From the NCBI GenBank assembly GCA_030141605.1, contig JAQGDQ010000086.1:181418-245417 (forward strand): a stretch of 64,000 nucleotides of DNA. Reading direction: 5' to 3'. Origin of the DNA: Tubiluchus corallicola. Taxonomy: Eukaryota; Animalia; Priapulida. Under the pieces are notes generated by a model that saw only the letters and a list, made by a program, of their open reading frames with translations, did no database searches and had not been told where the DNA came from. Below are positions 26,339-38,613 of this stretch, in pieces. Positions within the stretch are counted from its first letter, which is position 1. The number at the start of each line of letters is the position of its first letter. Position numbers and translations under genes: made by a program.

Positions 26339-29300
26339 CTGTTTCTTTTTAACCATTGTCTGATTATCAGGATCCGTAGCAAAAAGCTCCACTCTGCACT
26401 ATAACACAGCAAAGTAGCAATAAAATGTTTGTTTAGTCAAAAGCTGTCTACATCCAAGTGGTTTGTTCTGGAAAACCAACTAACAAGCAATTAGATTATC
26501 AGATACACGGCGGATGAATTATATAATTATTTATACTTTGATACCTCCTGCTGTACAATATTTTTTTATTTTACATTATCTTCTTCAATAAAATTAGTGT
26601 AAAATCAATTAGGCTCCATACATATAATATACCATAGGCCCTACACACAAGACAGAAGTACAAACTATAGTTCGTCAGTACATGTACATAGTAAAGAATC
26701 CTAAATTCAAAACGTTTACTTCTGCAAGTTAAAAGACATCTTATTAACAGATTAAAAAGGAAATCACCTTCACTTTATTGATAAGTTTAATCTTTCACGA
26801 AGGACTGCAATCACAGAACGTAACATGAACTTTATGAGCCCCGCATTGTGACAGGATTAAAATATCAGCTTTTTTAATTAAGCCAATCAGCCTCGCGACA
26901 AGACTTTGCGTGTTCTAATAAAATACACTTATGCTCCTCGTCTTCACACGAGTAATTAAGTAGAATGAATTAAGCCGAGTAATTAAAGCAGGCCCGGTTT
27001 ACACTGAAAATATTCTTGGTATAAAAGCTCAAGTAATTAACTACTTATTGGGAGCAGTCTGCAATCTCGATCCCATATTGTGCTTGTTGTGTGAATACCT
27101 TTCAGTAAGTGAAAGCATAATTAGAGATGTGTAAGATCACAACTTGACAAGTTGAATAGACTAAATTCCGCAACGACAATTTCGTCAGTGAAAGTTGCAA
27201 ATTTGCATACAAATAGCAACTGCTAAAAGTCTGTGCCTCAATTAGGCTGTACTAAAATCAATCAGATATTTTCCTTTAGCAAAACAATTCGTGGAGTAAA
27301 GACATAAAAAACGTTACTGTGAAATGTGTGAAAAAAATTAAACACACCCGAAATTCCCTTGACTCAGATATCAGTTTCAAATAATTTGAATTTCGTCAAA
27401 AAAGTACTTTCAACATTATTGTGAGGTTTTCAAAAAAAATAGGTGCAACATTAAATAATAAAACTCTTCTATAGTATGTCTAGATGAACAGGGTAGTCCT
27501 AATCCCAGCATTCCCATGAACAACAACAGAAGTCACCCACCCATGTGTGCTACACAAAATCAGCGATGCTTAAACTTTGGGAAACCCATCCTAAGCTTTG
27601 TCTGCTTAAATGTGTAGCTGCTACTGTGCCTTAAAAAGACGAAAAACGTTCTTCTTCCTCCTAAGAAAATTACCTTCAATGCGTGGCGGATTCGTAGCTA
27701 TCATTATATCATACGACTAAAGTACTAAAGTTCACTGAAACTTAGAAACACACACGAGGCAGAGAAAGAAGCTAAAAGAGGCCGACATAACAAATGTAAT
27801 GCTAAACAAAATAGGCAGAAATGTAATTACAGCTTATCAAAGCGCAAATTTGTAAAGTAGGTTATTTTAACCCATAAGATGTCAAAACTGAGACCTGTAA
27901 CACCCGCAAGACATCAAAACTAAAGCCTGTAACGCCCACAAGACGTCAAAATTGAGGCCTGTAACGCCCATAAGACGTCACAATTGAGGCCTGTAACGCC
28001 CATAAGACGTCAAAATTGAGGCCTGTAACGCCCACAAGACGTCAAAATTGAGGCCTGTAACACTCACATGACGTCAAAACTCGGGCTTATGACACCTCAA
28101 AAAGTCAAACTTCAGTCTGTAACACCGACAAAACGCCAAAACTGAGGCATGTAATACAAACAAGTCGGCGAGGTCTGACACATGTAATACCCACAACAGC
28201 ATTATATGACAAACTAACTAACCATTTCAGTAAAAACCGCCGTTTTTATTGAGCTACAAGAATTACCTTACATAACCTAACTGAAACGAAAGAAATCTAG
28301 CTGAGCTGAGAGGAGATCGTGGACTAGTTTAACTTAATGGTTAGAATTTTAGCCGAGTTGTACCTGTGAACAGTGTTCCAAGCGCGTGACAGCACAATTA
28401 AAGTAAAGGTTTAAAACTTTCTACTCCATTTGCAGACAGATAAGACAAACAATACACAGCTGAAATGACACCGCGATTCACACACTAAAGTATTCACCAG
28501 CTTAAGATACAAGATAAACACAAATTTAAAATACTTACTCTGTTAGTATGGCATACATGTGTTTATATTCTTACACACTATATTAGTACGTACCGGTCTT
28601 GTAAAAATATCAAAGCTAAGCCATAAGCTAAAGATCAAATAACTACTATGTGTTTAGAGGCACATTCTAGCTACTATAGTGAGATCAGAGAATGCAAACA
28701 CATCAAAGAAAGAGGAGCCAAATTAAATGAAAATGATAATACTAAGAACTACTCATAATTTATCTAAGTTGCTAATTGCACAATATCTTAGTGTCATTTT
28801 CTGAGTTATGATATCCGTTAACAAAATTACTACTACTGTATGCCTGAACTAAGTAAATCATTAAATAACATCGACACGCAGATTTCGAAAATCACAAAAG
28901 AGTAAGTCTATCTCTCATTACGTTTTAATATTAGCGTGGTAAACATAAAAAGAAAAATATGCTTTAAAACTGGAATGGTTGCTAAGTGACCTCGTTTTTA
29001 CTATCCCAGTTTCATTGTGTTAGTTAATTTACATATGGGCCTATGTATGTAGAAAAAAGCAAGAAACAGATAAATAATTAGAATTGTTTTATACATTTTA
29101 ATATCTTTAAGCAATTTTTTATAAAATAGGTTCCACTACTGTAAATCGCTGAACTTTCTACATTATAGTATAAATCAATCAAATCCTAAATGAGTTTTAA
29201 ACTTTTGGTTGGAAAGAAGGTAACTCATACACACGGGTTGTCAAAAAAGCGTGTTTTTTCTCATTTCAAACATGTTTTTTTTAAATCAGCCGTGTTTTTG

Positions 29301-31580
29301 TCGGCGACTATTCGACACTAACATTTACTTCTAAGTCTCATTGCTGCCTTGTTTTCCGGCACAAGAATGGGTACCCTAGTAAACGTACAAAGCCCGAAAT
29401 TAGTCTGTTACAGTACACGTAGTGCCATCTCGTGAGAAAAATAGTCACTTGGCAGTGTAGTCAGCTGCAAAGGGTATAATAATTATTTCCATCAAAGAGA
29501 ATTTAAGAGCGCGGATAATGTACGTATGTACGTAATTCTTGCAAATAAATAATAACAGTCATTTGTGAGTTACATCTACTGTTGTCTAAGTATAAATTAT
29601 ATTTTTATATGCCAAAATTAAGCAAGAGTTTGAAGTCTGCAAATGTTCCGTGTGAAATGACTTATGACTAGTCTAAAAGATTAACTGTATTCACATAAAC
29701 TATTCGAAATACAAACAAGGACAGAAAGGCATCTCTCTCCAATTACTATACAATTCAAAAACCATGCTTCTAGAGAACATTCTCAGAGACAATAAATTCT
29801 TTATTAATGTTTGAAAGTTAACCACAATAAACCATAATTTCACTAATACTTTTGCACTGTTACATAATACTGTACTATAAAACTACTAAGATAATCTCAA
29901 TCTTTATTTGTATCGACTCATCTACAAATATTACATTCTTCTTTTTCTTTTTCCGCAAATATTCAGTTCTCCTTCGTTCACACACTAGCCAATAATTGGT
30001 TAATCATGATAATGTAAACCTTTGATCACCAAACTAAAGAGAAGGTTAAACATTAATCAAAGCACCAACCAGATTGCTGCAAGCTCTCCCCATATGTTCT
30101 AATTAACATTTACATGACATCTACATACATCATTCAGTGCTTTAGAATTTCCAGTGTACTGTGCACTCTTAATGCAATGAAAGTAATATAAAGAAAAAAA
30201 CTGAATTTCTTTAAAATATTGAAGAAATATGGAGGTCTCACATTACATTTCCTGGTCTAACAACTCTGCCAGTGTTTAACATGTTGTAACAACTTTTACA
30301 CCATGTACAAGAATTTGCAATTTTAACAAACTAACTCCCTAATCTGCTGCTTATGTAATAAACTAGTCTAGCTATTAGCTAACCTGAAGCTATTTAACAT
30401 ATATATTTTGCCTGGCCCACTTCTAGCGAGAATATGCTGTAATGTGGATGGTGTGATGTGTTCTACAGTATGCAAGTAATTCAAACACTTCAAGACCTTA
30501 AAGGTCTTTTAGTGTGCACACGAAAAGGCTCTGGCAAGACATCTATAGTACTAAGTTTGCTCACTTTTTAATCTAATAGACAGAATAGTTACGGAACAGT
30601 TTTTCTAATTGGCTGAGTTATTACAATCAGAGTTAGAATATGATGTAAAAACTCAAATTATCTCTTACTAGTCAATTTGTGCATACTTACATCTATTTGT
30701 CCAATACTGTATTGTTTGCAATCTGCTTTAATGACACTGATGACAACAGTCTTTATCCATCTTTTTAAAATTTAGGGATGACTGCAATACACGTGCAGAA
30801 GTGAGCAGTTATGATGGCACAGTTAATTTAAATGAACTGCAACTGAATCTAAGCAACTGCAAGCTACAGACATACAAATGCATGTAGCAAATACAAAAAT
30901 CCATAAAAATTCTTTTGCAAACAAAGCTGAGAACAAGAATATCAGCCTCTCCCAATAGGCAGTCAATGCATTAACCACATATAAGTTCAAGACAGAACTG
31001 TTTTCAACATCAGACTTGGCTCAGGTAACTGAGGTTTGCAGAAAACAACAGTCAGCAGCCGTGTCCCACAGACTCCTACTGCGTCGTAAGGAACTTAGAA
31101 GTGTGGAAACACGTGGCACATTATGTACTGACTTAAATTGAAACTTTTTAAGCCTTCCGGTAATTAAATAATCCTACGCAGAACAAAATTTAAAGAAAAA
31201 CAATTATTATAACCGAACAGACTTCTGTTAATGTTATATTTTAAAATTTTGTCGCATGCTAGGTCAAAGTACCGTGCTCGATCTTAAACAAGCGTGTATT
31301 TATTATTACCGTTTTAGCGCATCTTATATTTGCAATCATTCGCAATTCAAAATTCAGGAATAATTTGTTTACAAAATTTTATCTGCATTCTTAAATTCTG
31401 AGTACAAACATACTTACCGTTTCCATCCTCACTGTCAGCACTTTTATCACCTTCGGCGCTTACATCCTCCTCCTCTCCACCGGATACCTCTGGGCTAGGG
31501 TCAGAATATCGCCTCTGTCGGAAATTTAAAGTAAGTTTCGGAGAAAATTTCATTTTCTTCCGCTCTGCCTTGTCCGCCAT
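9825..31580 (-). CDS. PHACTR: Phosphatase and actin regulator (PHACTR family), 5' portion; spliced exons 31580-31418, 11104-10934, 9905-9825; C-terminal exons not identified in the window
   Basis: Exons join in phase 1 with canonical GT-AG sites and read MADKAERKK...SEDGN-V-KRGHPEF...[54 protein letters not shown]. The IFKPWKW+basic motif followed by LERxISMRxxREDLIxRGIL is the PHACTR N-terminal signature plus the first RPEL-like repeat. Confidence 0.9.
10510..10620. repeat. (ATTGT/ATTGC)n pentanucleotide microsatellite
   Basis: Seen directly. Confidence 0.9.
10934..11104 (-). CDS. PHACTR: PHACTR exon with the conserved [11 protein letters not shown] basic motif
   Basis: 171 nt inside ORF 10920-11162(-), acceptor ttctttttcag, donor A|gtaagt, phase 1-1. 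Confidence 0.92.
13208..13794. repeat. Dispersed repeat, copy 1 (about 580 bp)
   Basis: Colinear with 15981-16539 from GGCAATCACGAGTTTAC to AAATTGCTCTAGTG, with many substitutions and small indels. Confidence 0.85.
15374..15530. repeat. Compound (GA)n/(CA)n microsatellite
   Basis: Seen directly. Confidence 0.9.
15981..16539. repeat. Dispersed repeat, copy 2 (direct orientation)
   Basis: Matches 13208-13794. Bounded by (TA)n on the left and a CA-rich microsatellite on the right. Confidence 0.85.
16541..16716. repeat. Compound (CA)n/(TA)n/(GCAC)n microsatellite
   Basis: Seen directly. Source of several spurious ORFs. Confidence 0.95.
18868..18913 (-). CDS. PHACTR: Candidate alternative PHACTR first coding exon (MAHDTVACRLKTWLR)
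   Basis: aaaATGG context, 46 nt, strong phase-1 donor AG|gtaaga, in-frame upstream stop. Confidence 0.5.
20364..20400 (-). promoter_or_regulatory. RFX X-box, CCAAT box and GC box cluster; candidate internal PHACTR promoter
   Basis: Perfect 14-bp palindrome GTTGCCTAGGCAAC (20364-20377), ATTGG (CCAAT on minus) at 20392-20396, GGGCGG at 20395-20400, in a local GC-rich patch. Confidence 0.55.
22828..23346. mobile_element. MITE-like element
   Basis: 11-bp perfect TIR GTATGGTCTGG...CCAGACCATAC, GAA on both flanks, and about 5 internal ATTTACTCAC-like motifs. Confidence 0.55.
26305..26336. repeat. (TA)n microsatellite
   Basis: Seen directly. Confidence 0.95.
27674..27704 (-). CDS. Candidate alternative PHACTR first coding exon (MIATNPPRIE)
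   Basis: ATG, 31 nt, phase-1 donor AAG|gtaatt. Confidence 0.35.
27868..28165. repeat. 32-bp minisatellite, about 9 copies
   Basis: Unit CCTGTAACGCCCACAAGACGTCAAAATTGAGG. CTGTAA recurs at 27895, 27927, 27959, 27991, 28023 and 28055. Edges degenerate, no unique spacers. Confidence 0.9.
31418..31580 (-). CDS. PHACTR: PHACTR distal first coding exon (MADKAERKKMKFSPKLTLNFRQRRYSDPSPEVSGGEEED...)
   Basis: acaATGG start, 163 nt, phase-1 donor G|gtaagta compatible with the 11104 acceptor. Coding-like composition. Confidence 0.7.
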
Positions 31581-32828
31581 TGTTCCATATGATTGACTGC
31601 CTCCTGGCGTCACCTGCTGGCCAAAACTGCGAACTATCTATGGGAGTCTTTTATTGCTAGCTAATTGAAGTTTTCAGCTCACCGTTTTCACTCCCTGGTC
31701 TACTTTCTATAAAACTCCAATTTAACACTGATAATAATATCGACAATAACAAAATATACATGCAAAAAGTCTAAGATTAAAAGCGAAACTTTGTAAAACG
31801 TGCAAAGAAAGAAAGTGTGAACCAAATGTTTAAAATCACAAAACACCAGTGTAAAATTAGAAGTTTATATCTAGTAAAACAACATCAAAGTGGTAAACTA
31901 AATGACACCATTCAATGACGACTGACATAGTCAGTTAAACGATTTGTTAGAAGTTGGCAAAATAAGGAAGGAAAGTAAACTGAAGACCTGAAAACGACCA
32001 CAACAGAAATTTAGGAAAAAACTAAGACCAACTAAACCAGATTTTATTAAGCTCACAACGATTTCTTCCATCAACAAAGATAAAAGTTAAGAGTTGCAAA
32101 TTGCCCGTATCATTTTCAGACTTAACAGTGTCGACTTATTTGCTTCTCATGTAAGTCACTCAGGAATTGTAAATTTGAAGTATTGGGTACTCAGAAATTA
32201 ATACTTCCGAAATAATATTTTCCGTGACTCAACACGTATATTAGGAACTTATTTAGAACCTATTTAGAAACTTAAAAAAATGGATCCAAGAGAACACAAG
32301 TGTTACCACGTCTGGACAAGGCAATTATTTTTGATATTGAATTCCCTTTATTGCAATCAATGCCACATTCCATTGATAACTAATATGTAATATGCAGATC
32401 GAGAAGAAGTTGCGTCCTAAATATATACGCTTTCAAATTTAAATGATAAAATCCTTTGGGTCTGGAATAATTTCATAGAAGATTTAGCTGAAGCAAAGCA
32501 AACAAGCTAAAAAAGCTGGTCATGATATGTTAACTACAATTAGCCATTAACTGGCTTTAATTATTTAATGTTGACCCCAACTGTACAGTTGAAACAAATC
32601 AAATAAGACTAAAAGCACATGAAGATAATTTTCATTTTTTTATTATATGCATTCTGAAATTTGTGTGTCAAGCATAGGGCCTACTGTCATACCTTACATA
32701 CATTATAAGCACATTTTAATATTTTACAATTTACAGAAACAATTTTCAACAAAAATAATTCTTTTTCTTCATTCTGTCTATGCTAAATAAGAAACTTCAA
32801 AAATAAAAACCACTAAAAACAATATTCA

Positions 32829-35800
32829 TCAAGTTTTTTTCTGGGAAATTATTTTGATGCATCGATTCAATGCCGAGTACAAATTGCGAAATCTTGCGTC
32901 TCTGTGAGAACTTGTTATTCCATTAGTTAAGAATGACATGCTGACGTTCAAGTTTTTCTGGAGAAATGCAGCTTGCATCCCATAACCAGGACTTCCAATC
33001 AAGACATCTTCATCCTAAATAAAAACCAGTGGAATCACACTTTTACAAGGAACTTGATCTAGATGCACCATGATGGTGCAATGATAATGTTAATCAATCT
33101 GGCTAGACAATATTTGGTTGTATAAATATGCAACACAAAGCAACAAGTTCAAAAGTGCACCAATTCAGTCTTTTTGTTGGGTTATATAAAACACATTGTC
33201 TGAATGGGGAGAGCTTTTCAAACCTATGTGGATTAATCTAGAACAAATGCTGTTTTGGGGATCTGACTACAATTACTTTAGCCAGGAGTTCAGTATTTAA
33301 TTTCCCCTGTAACTAGTTTAAAGCAAAATATATTTTTTATTCAAGTGCCAAATCACTGGGACCAAATAAGAAATAAAAATAGGAGGCTCTTTTTGTTTTA
33401 ATTTTACTTTATCTAAGTGAATTTGTTCTACCATTAAAATTTAATTTATAAGTAAATCAACTTATTAGACTGCAATCGATGTTGAATATCTTTTTATCTT
33501 TACTTAATAAGGACTAAAAGAGGGAAGAAAAAGGCAGTAGGCTACAGCTACATGCCACAAGTGTTTTTCAATTTATGGTGGTAAGCTATGAATACCAGTA
33601 TATGATAACATATTGTAAACAAGAGCAACATAGCAAAGCCAGTACTAATAGAATGAATGAAAAGAAGCCATCATGTATTGTATAATTATACACACCCAAA
33701 GGCTTCCGATAAAGAAGCCACCACGAGTATACTGTGCCTTGGCACCAAGAACACCAAAGTTCATCTCTGTCCCGGAAGTTATTTGTTCAAAAGCCTGCAA
33801 TGCAGAATGATAGCCAAGTAAAAGAATTAAAAAGCAGCGCATGAAATGAGACTTTTTTATCTAACGAAGAATACATAAACAACTTTATGTTTTCTTAAGG
33901 TAGATTAGATGTGACTATTTGAAGCAAAATTTGAAATTTTCCCTATCCCGTTAAAACTATTAATATTTATAAAGCTTGATGATGAAAATGTTCATTTATG
34001 GTAAACTTCTCTGACATACCACTCTGGTCATCTTGCTTGTTTACATATATCTTCAATCATGACACTATGTCAGCACAAGATTGTAGAATTTGGTACCTAG
34101 CCCTTGCGGCTAAGTATGATGAATTATCATCGTTAAAGTAATGTGCCCCCTAAACTGCTAATGATCTTGTTTACCAATCCCCCATGTACATCAATAGTTG
34201 AACAGATGAACAGTAAGCTTGTCTAGGCTGCCAACAAAAATTCATCTATGCTGAACAACCTTTTATGATTCAGTAAACTGAAATGTCACGGTGTGTGGGG
34301 AAAATTTTAATAGACCTTTATGACAATATTTAAAAATGAGACAAACTTTTTCTAGAGAAGCTTCTGAGATTAATGTTTTTCCATTCTGCTTGCCTCCATT
34401 GACCAATATGTTGTACAACTTAGCCTGAGCTCTTGCAGTACCTATTCCACCAGCAGCACCCAATCCAATCATCTGCAAGTCAAGACTGTTCATGAGCTTT
34501 GGATACTGAAAAATAAAACGGCAAGATTAATATCAGTACTGTTCATGTATTCTAGTGATAATAAGAAAACCAACAGTGCTACAGAGTTCACACAAAAAAA
34601 CGGATTTTTATTTGATTAGAAGAAGATAAAGGTATTTACAAAAACACAGCAGTCTAATTCTCTTGACTGAAACCACTTATTCACTTCTTTTCCTGCTTTC
34701 TTGCATTCAGCACTTCTGTTATCACTTACCAAGTGACCACATCATAAATGTAAGTAATTTTAAAACCTACTTTGCAAATAAACTAGCATGGTCGAATTTT
34801 CTAGGATAAACAATAATAAAGTGCTAAGAGATTATATTTACACTATTTTGAACACTAGAAGTTTAATAAAGAGGCCACTTCAAAACATGTTCTTATTCAA
34901 GCAAGTTTTTAATTAATCAGTTGGTGACAAGTACAGTTCAGAGCCCTGAAGCCATCTCAGTACTCACCATTAGAACCATTGGAGTTTGTTCAAAGACTGA
35001 TCTCCTCGCGATAAGAGCTGATTTCCCTGTCATTTTATAAACAATAACAGGCATATCGAGCAAATCCCAGAAACTGCTTCGCATCTGATCAATTCTAGCA
35101 ACCCTATAATGTTGTTCCTTTGGTAATCCAATGTAAAAATCGATTCCTAGAAGAAAGAAAAGTCTAACAATATACATGGTTTACAGAGGATTGTCCAATG
35201 AAAGTAGCACGTATTTAGAAAGCCTGATTGAATTAAATCAAAATCAAATTTATTTCTAGTATATTTAAATACAACACAACTTCAGCCCAATCAGGAAAAC
35301 ACACTTTTCCATTCAAGAAGCAATGGCCTTGGTTAACAACAATTTTAACAACAACAATTATATTTAACATGTATAATTCAAATTTGATCCCAGTTAAATT
35401 TAATGAATCAAACATTGAAACTAATATCCATACTATATTACATGGTAACTCACTTTTCAATCTTGACCAAAATAAAACTATTTTTGATTTAATGCAGGAA
35501 TTTATAAGAGCTTCAAGCCGATTCAGTAAACGTTAATTTAACATTTTGCATCACACTTGATGTACTGTCACTATTAAAATATAGGTATCTTTAACTAATT
35601 ATAAATGTCTCAACTTTGTATTAAAATACTTACTAATTCCAAAAGGTATGTTAATCAGTTTTGTTCTGTATACCAAAGGTGATGGAAAATAAATATGTTT
35701 ACATAAAAAACAACTAGTAGCAGATCTGCAGGACACGCAGGTTATGAATAAAAAAAGAAATCACAATTTTAGTCCTATTTGCAAGAACTCAAGGTTCTAC

Positions 35801-38613
35801 ACTCTGAAACTGGAATTAGTAAAACTTGGATTTTTGGTGCTGTTGCACCAAATGCAAAGATATAGTCTTGCCATGACATTTATAGACAGTAGATAAATAA
35901 AGGATGGAAACCAAATAAAGGGTTTTGATATAATGACTTAAATTAAAAACAATTCCATTTCTGGAAAAATAGTAGAAAGAAAAACTCAAATAGTAAGCTT
36001 GTATTACTACAGGAAATTTTGAACTTAAAACACCAGTTTATATCAGAGAATCGTTCTTAGCTGTAGATCAATCAGGTTGTTTGAACGGAGGATGCTATGC
36101 CGAATTAATGAGCACCCAGTGTGCACAAGTTTCTTGATACTGTGAAGTCAATGAAACTATTCAGTTTGTCCTCCGTCTGTCCTTGTAAATCTATGTTTCT
36201 ATGTTTTTTGCAGATCGTTTGTTTACTTGTTTTGTAATTTTAGTTTACTGACACCATTTACCATTTAAAAAAAGGTAATTGGCGAGCCCTATATGCATTA
36301 GTTTGATTTTAGATTTATTGGATTTTAATTGATTGATTTGTGGATTCAAACCCTCAACACACAGATAAAGAGCTGTTAATGAGAATACAGTATGTCAGGA
36401 ATTATCATGACTTGTAATAATACATTGAAACTTTCACATAGATTTTCAATTTTTAGCATATCATTGTAGCTAATGGTGAAGCCTCAAGCTCTCAATGCTT
36501 TTTGGCCAAGACTGACGTACTACATGAAGCAAGTAAAACATCCATCTTCAGCTTTTGCTGGGTAGAGGGCCCCACTAAGAATTTTCTAATTTGGCCAAGC
36601 ACTTCCTAGTGCTGGCAATGGTAGTAAGATAGTGGTAATAAAATCATTAAAATCTGCAGTTGCATTTCTCTGCATCAAGATACTTATTTGAGCAAAGGTT
36701 TGTCTTTCACTTTAAAGATGACTTGATATATATGCCAACTTACCAAAATTTTCTGCGATTTCTTCTTGAAAAAACTGACCCAAAATTCGCTTTTTAGGAT
36801 CAATCCTAGGAAACAAACAGCTGATGAGATACCCATGGGTCAGTGTGTGATAAGCATGATGTCGTCCTGGAGGTAGCTGTGGTTTCTGGTCTTCAATTAC
36901 CTTGCACAGTTTGTTTAAGTCACTAAGTATCTCTGTCGTCATCTCTTGATCCACACAAGGAATACCTGCCTAATAATACAGTATCTATGCTGGTCATGAC
37001 ATACTGTAAATAATGATCATGGATTTGAATCAGAAATAACTACATCAGTTCATCTAAAATTACTTAAAGTAAACACTAGTGTTCATCAGTTATAATGGTA
37101 ATTCGTTATCTCAAACTGAAGTGTACTATGGTTTAAAATACTACCAAATAATTACCAAATTTTTTCCACTTTTTTATTGATTACCATTTTTTGATGTGGT
37201 TAACTCACTAGTGTTTACAATTTATAATTTCGATAATTTGGTTGCTATAAATTAATAATGGAACAAAAGACGTGCAAGTTCCCACGACAGATTTTGGCAT
37301 CCAGGAGCAAGGTGTGAAAAGGGCAAACTGTTCAGTTACACATAAGTAAACTGCATTGGAACATAGTCATAATTAGTCACGAGCACCATTAATACTGGTT
37401 AGCCACACATGAGCATAATAATCTACAGGTATAGACATAATTAACCAAACTGGCCGGATATAGTCAATTGTAAATACGGTGACGCTCCTAGATTTGAATA
37501 TGAATTCATTCAGTGTTATATTGATACAAGAATGTAATTCAGTAAGTTCGTACAGTTTATCATATTATTTATACCTGGTGTGCCAACATCATCTCTATGG
37601 TTACATTCCCTTTACCATGCTTGCCAAATTCAGGCCAATATTTGGTCACCAAGTCGTCGTACTTAGCTGCGCCTTTGTCAATCAACATGGAGACACATAA
37701 GGCCGAGATGGCCTTAGTGGTTGACCAGAAGACGGACATAGTATCTCGTTGCCATGGATACTCACTGGCTTTGTCTGCATAACCACCCCATAGGTCTACT
37801 ACTAGCTTATTATTATAATAAGCAGCAAATGCGTTGCCATGTTCTTCTGCTCCGTCTTCGAAATGTTTCCTGTTCATGGAAATAATTTGTATTTATGCAA
37901 TCTGACAATCATTTCGTGAGTGAGATCTGTAAATTATATTATTACTGTACTTAATATTAAGAGCTTTATATAGCAAACTGATTAGCTCTTAATATGTCAA
38001 CTGTTTTACAGGACATCAGTTTTTAAGGAAAAGAAATCTATTATCTTGCAATCTTGCCACTGTCATGTAGGTGAATTGGTTGCTACATTAGCAATTGTAA
38101 AAATAGGTCAATCAGTAGTAAGTGCTTACTTTCCATGTGGAGTGTTCAAGGCTAAAAAATAATACCTACCATTTCTCTGTCAAGCATGCAGAATTTGTAT
38201 CAGAGCAAAGACATTAAGGGTTATTTACACTGTTGCCATCTTGTTGGTCAGCAAATTTTTTACTATTTCCAACTTCAACTATCCTATATAAGAGGATGCA
38301 AACAGATTTCTCGGGATATAATAAGCGGGGAACCCGGTTCCACAAAGCCTCACTAGGTTAATGATGTCATTATTACAACCACCAAACTTAAAACAATGAA
38401 GTTATTAACTTAGTGACAATTTTGTGAAACAGATCCCCTCATGTATAAAAAGTATTACATTAAAACAAACCTGAAAACTTCCTGAACAAGTTCAAATCCT
38501 GGTTCCACATGACCATTCACTCTCACTGGAAGTTTTGTTTCGAAATGCCGAGACACAAACACTCCCAAAACAGCAATAGCAGCAATGAAAAATGCTGCTT
38601 TTAAGAATCCCAT
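32829..38613 (-). CDS. Beta-lactamase-related serine hydrolase copy A (class C beta-lactamase/family VIII esterase fold, nematode LACT-2-like), about 428 aa, N-terminal signal anchor
   Basis: Seven exons: 38613-38471, 37869-37575, 36969-36744, 35146-34968, 34505-34347, 33794-33696, 33014-32829 (1287 nt, open frame, all GT-AG). Motifs VDLWGGYAD, FWSTTK (SxxK), MLAHQAG, YHTLTHGYL, GIGTARAQAKLY, IGSPGYGMQ. Confidence 0.92.
38327..38438. mobile_element. Short palindromic MITE-like element in intron 1 of copy A
   Basis: Imperfect arms of about 35 bp: GGGGAACCCGGTTCCACAAAGCCTCACTAGGTTAAT versus reverse complement GGGGATCTGTTTCACAAAATTGTCACTAAGTTAAT. Confidence 0.55.

Noticed and set aside
27868-28165. 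32-bp repeats as a CRISPR array
   Set aside because: Units are directly adjacent with no unique spacers, there are no cas genes, and the context is eukaryotic.
21229-28558. ATG plus strong donor at 21254-21229, 24711-24680 and 28558-28539 as PHACTR coding first exons
   Set aside because: They end in phase 2 (or contain a stop in phase 1) and are incompatible with the phase-1 acceptor at 11104. They could only be UTR exons.
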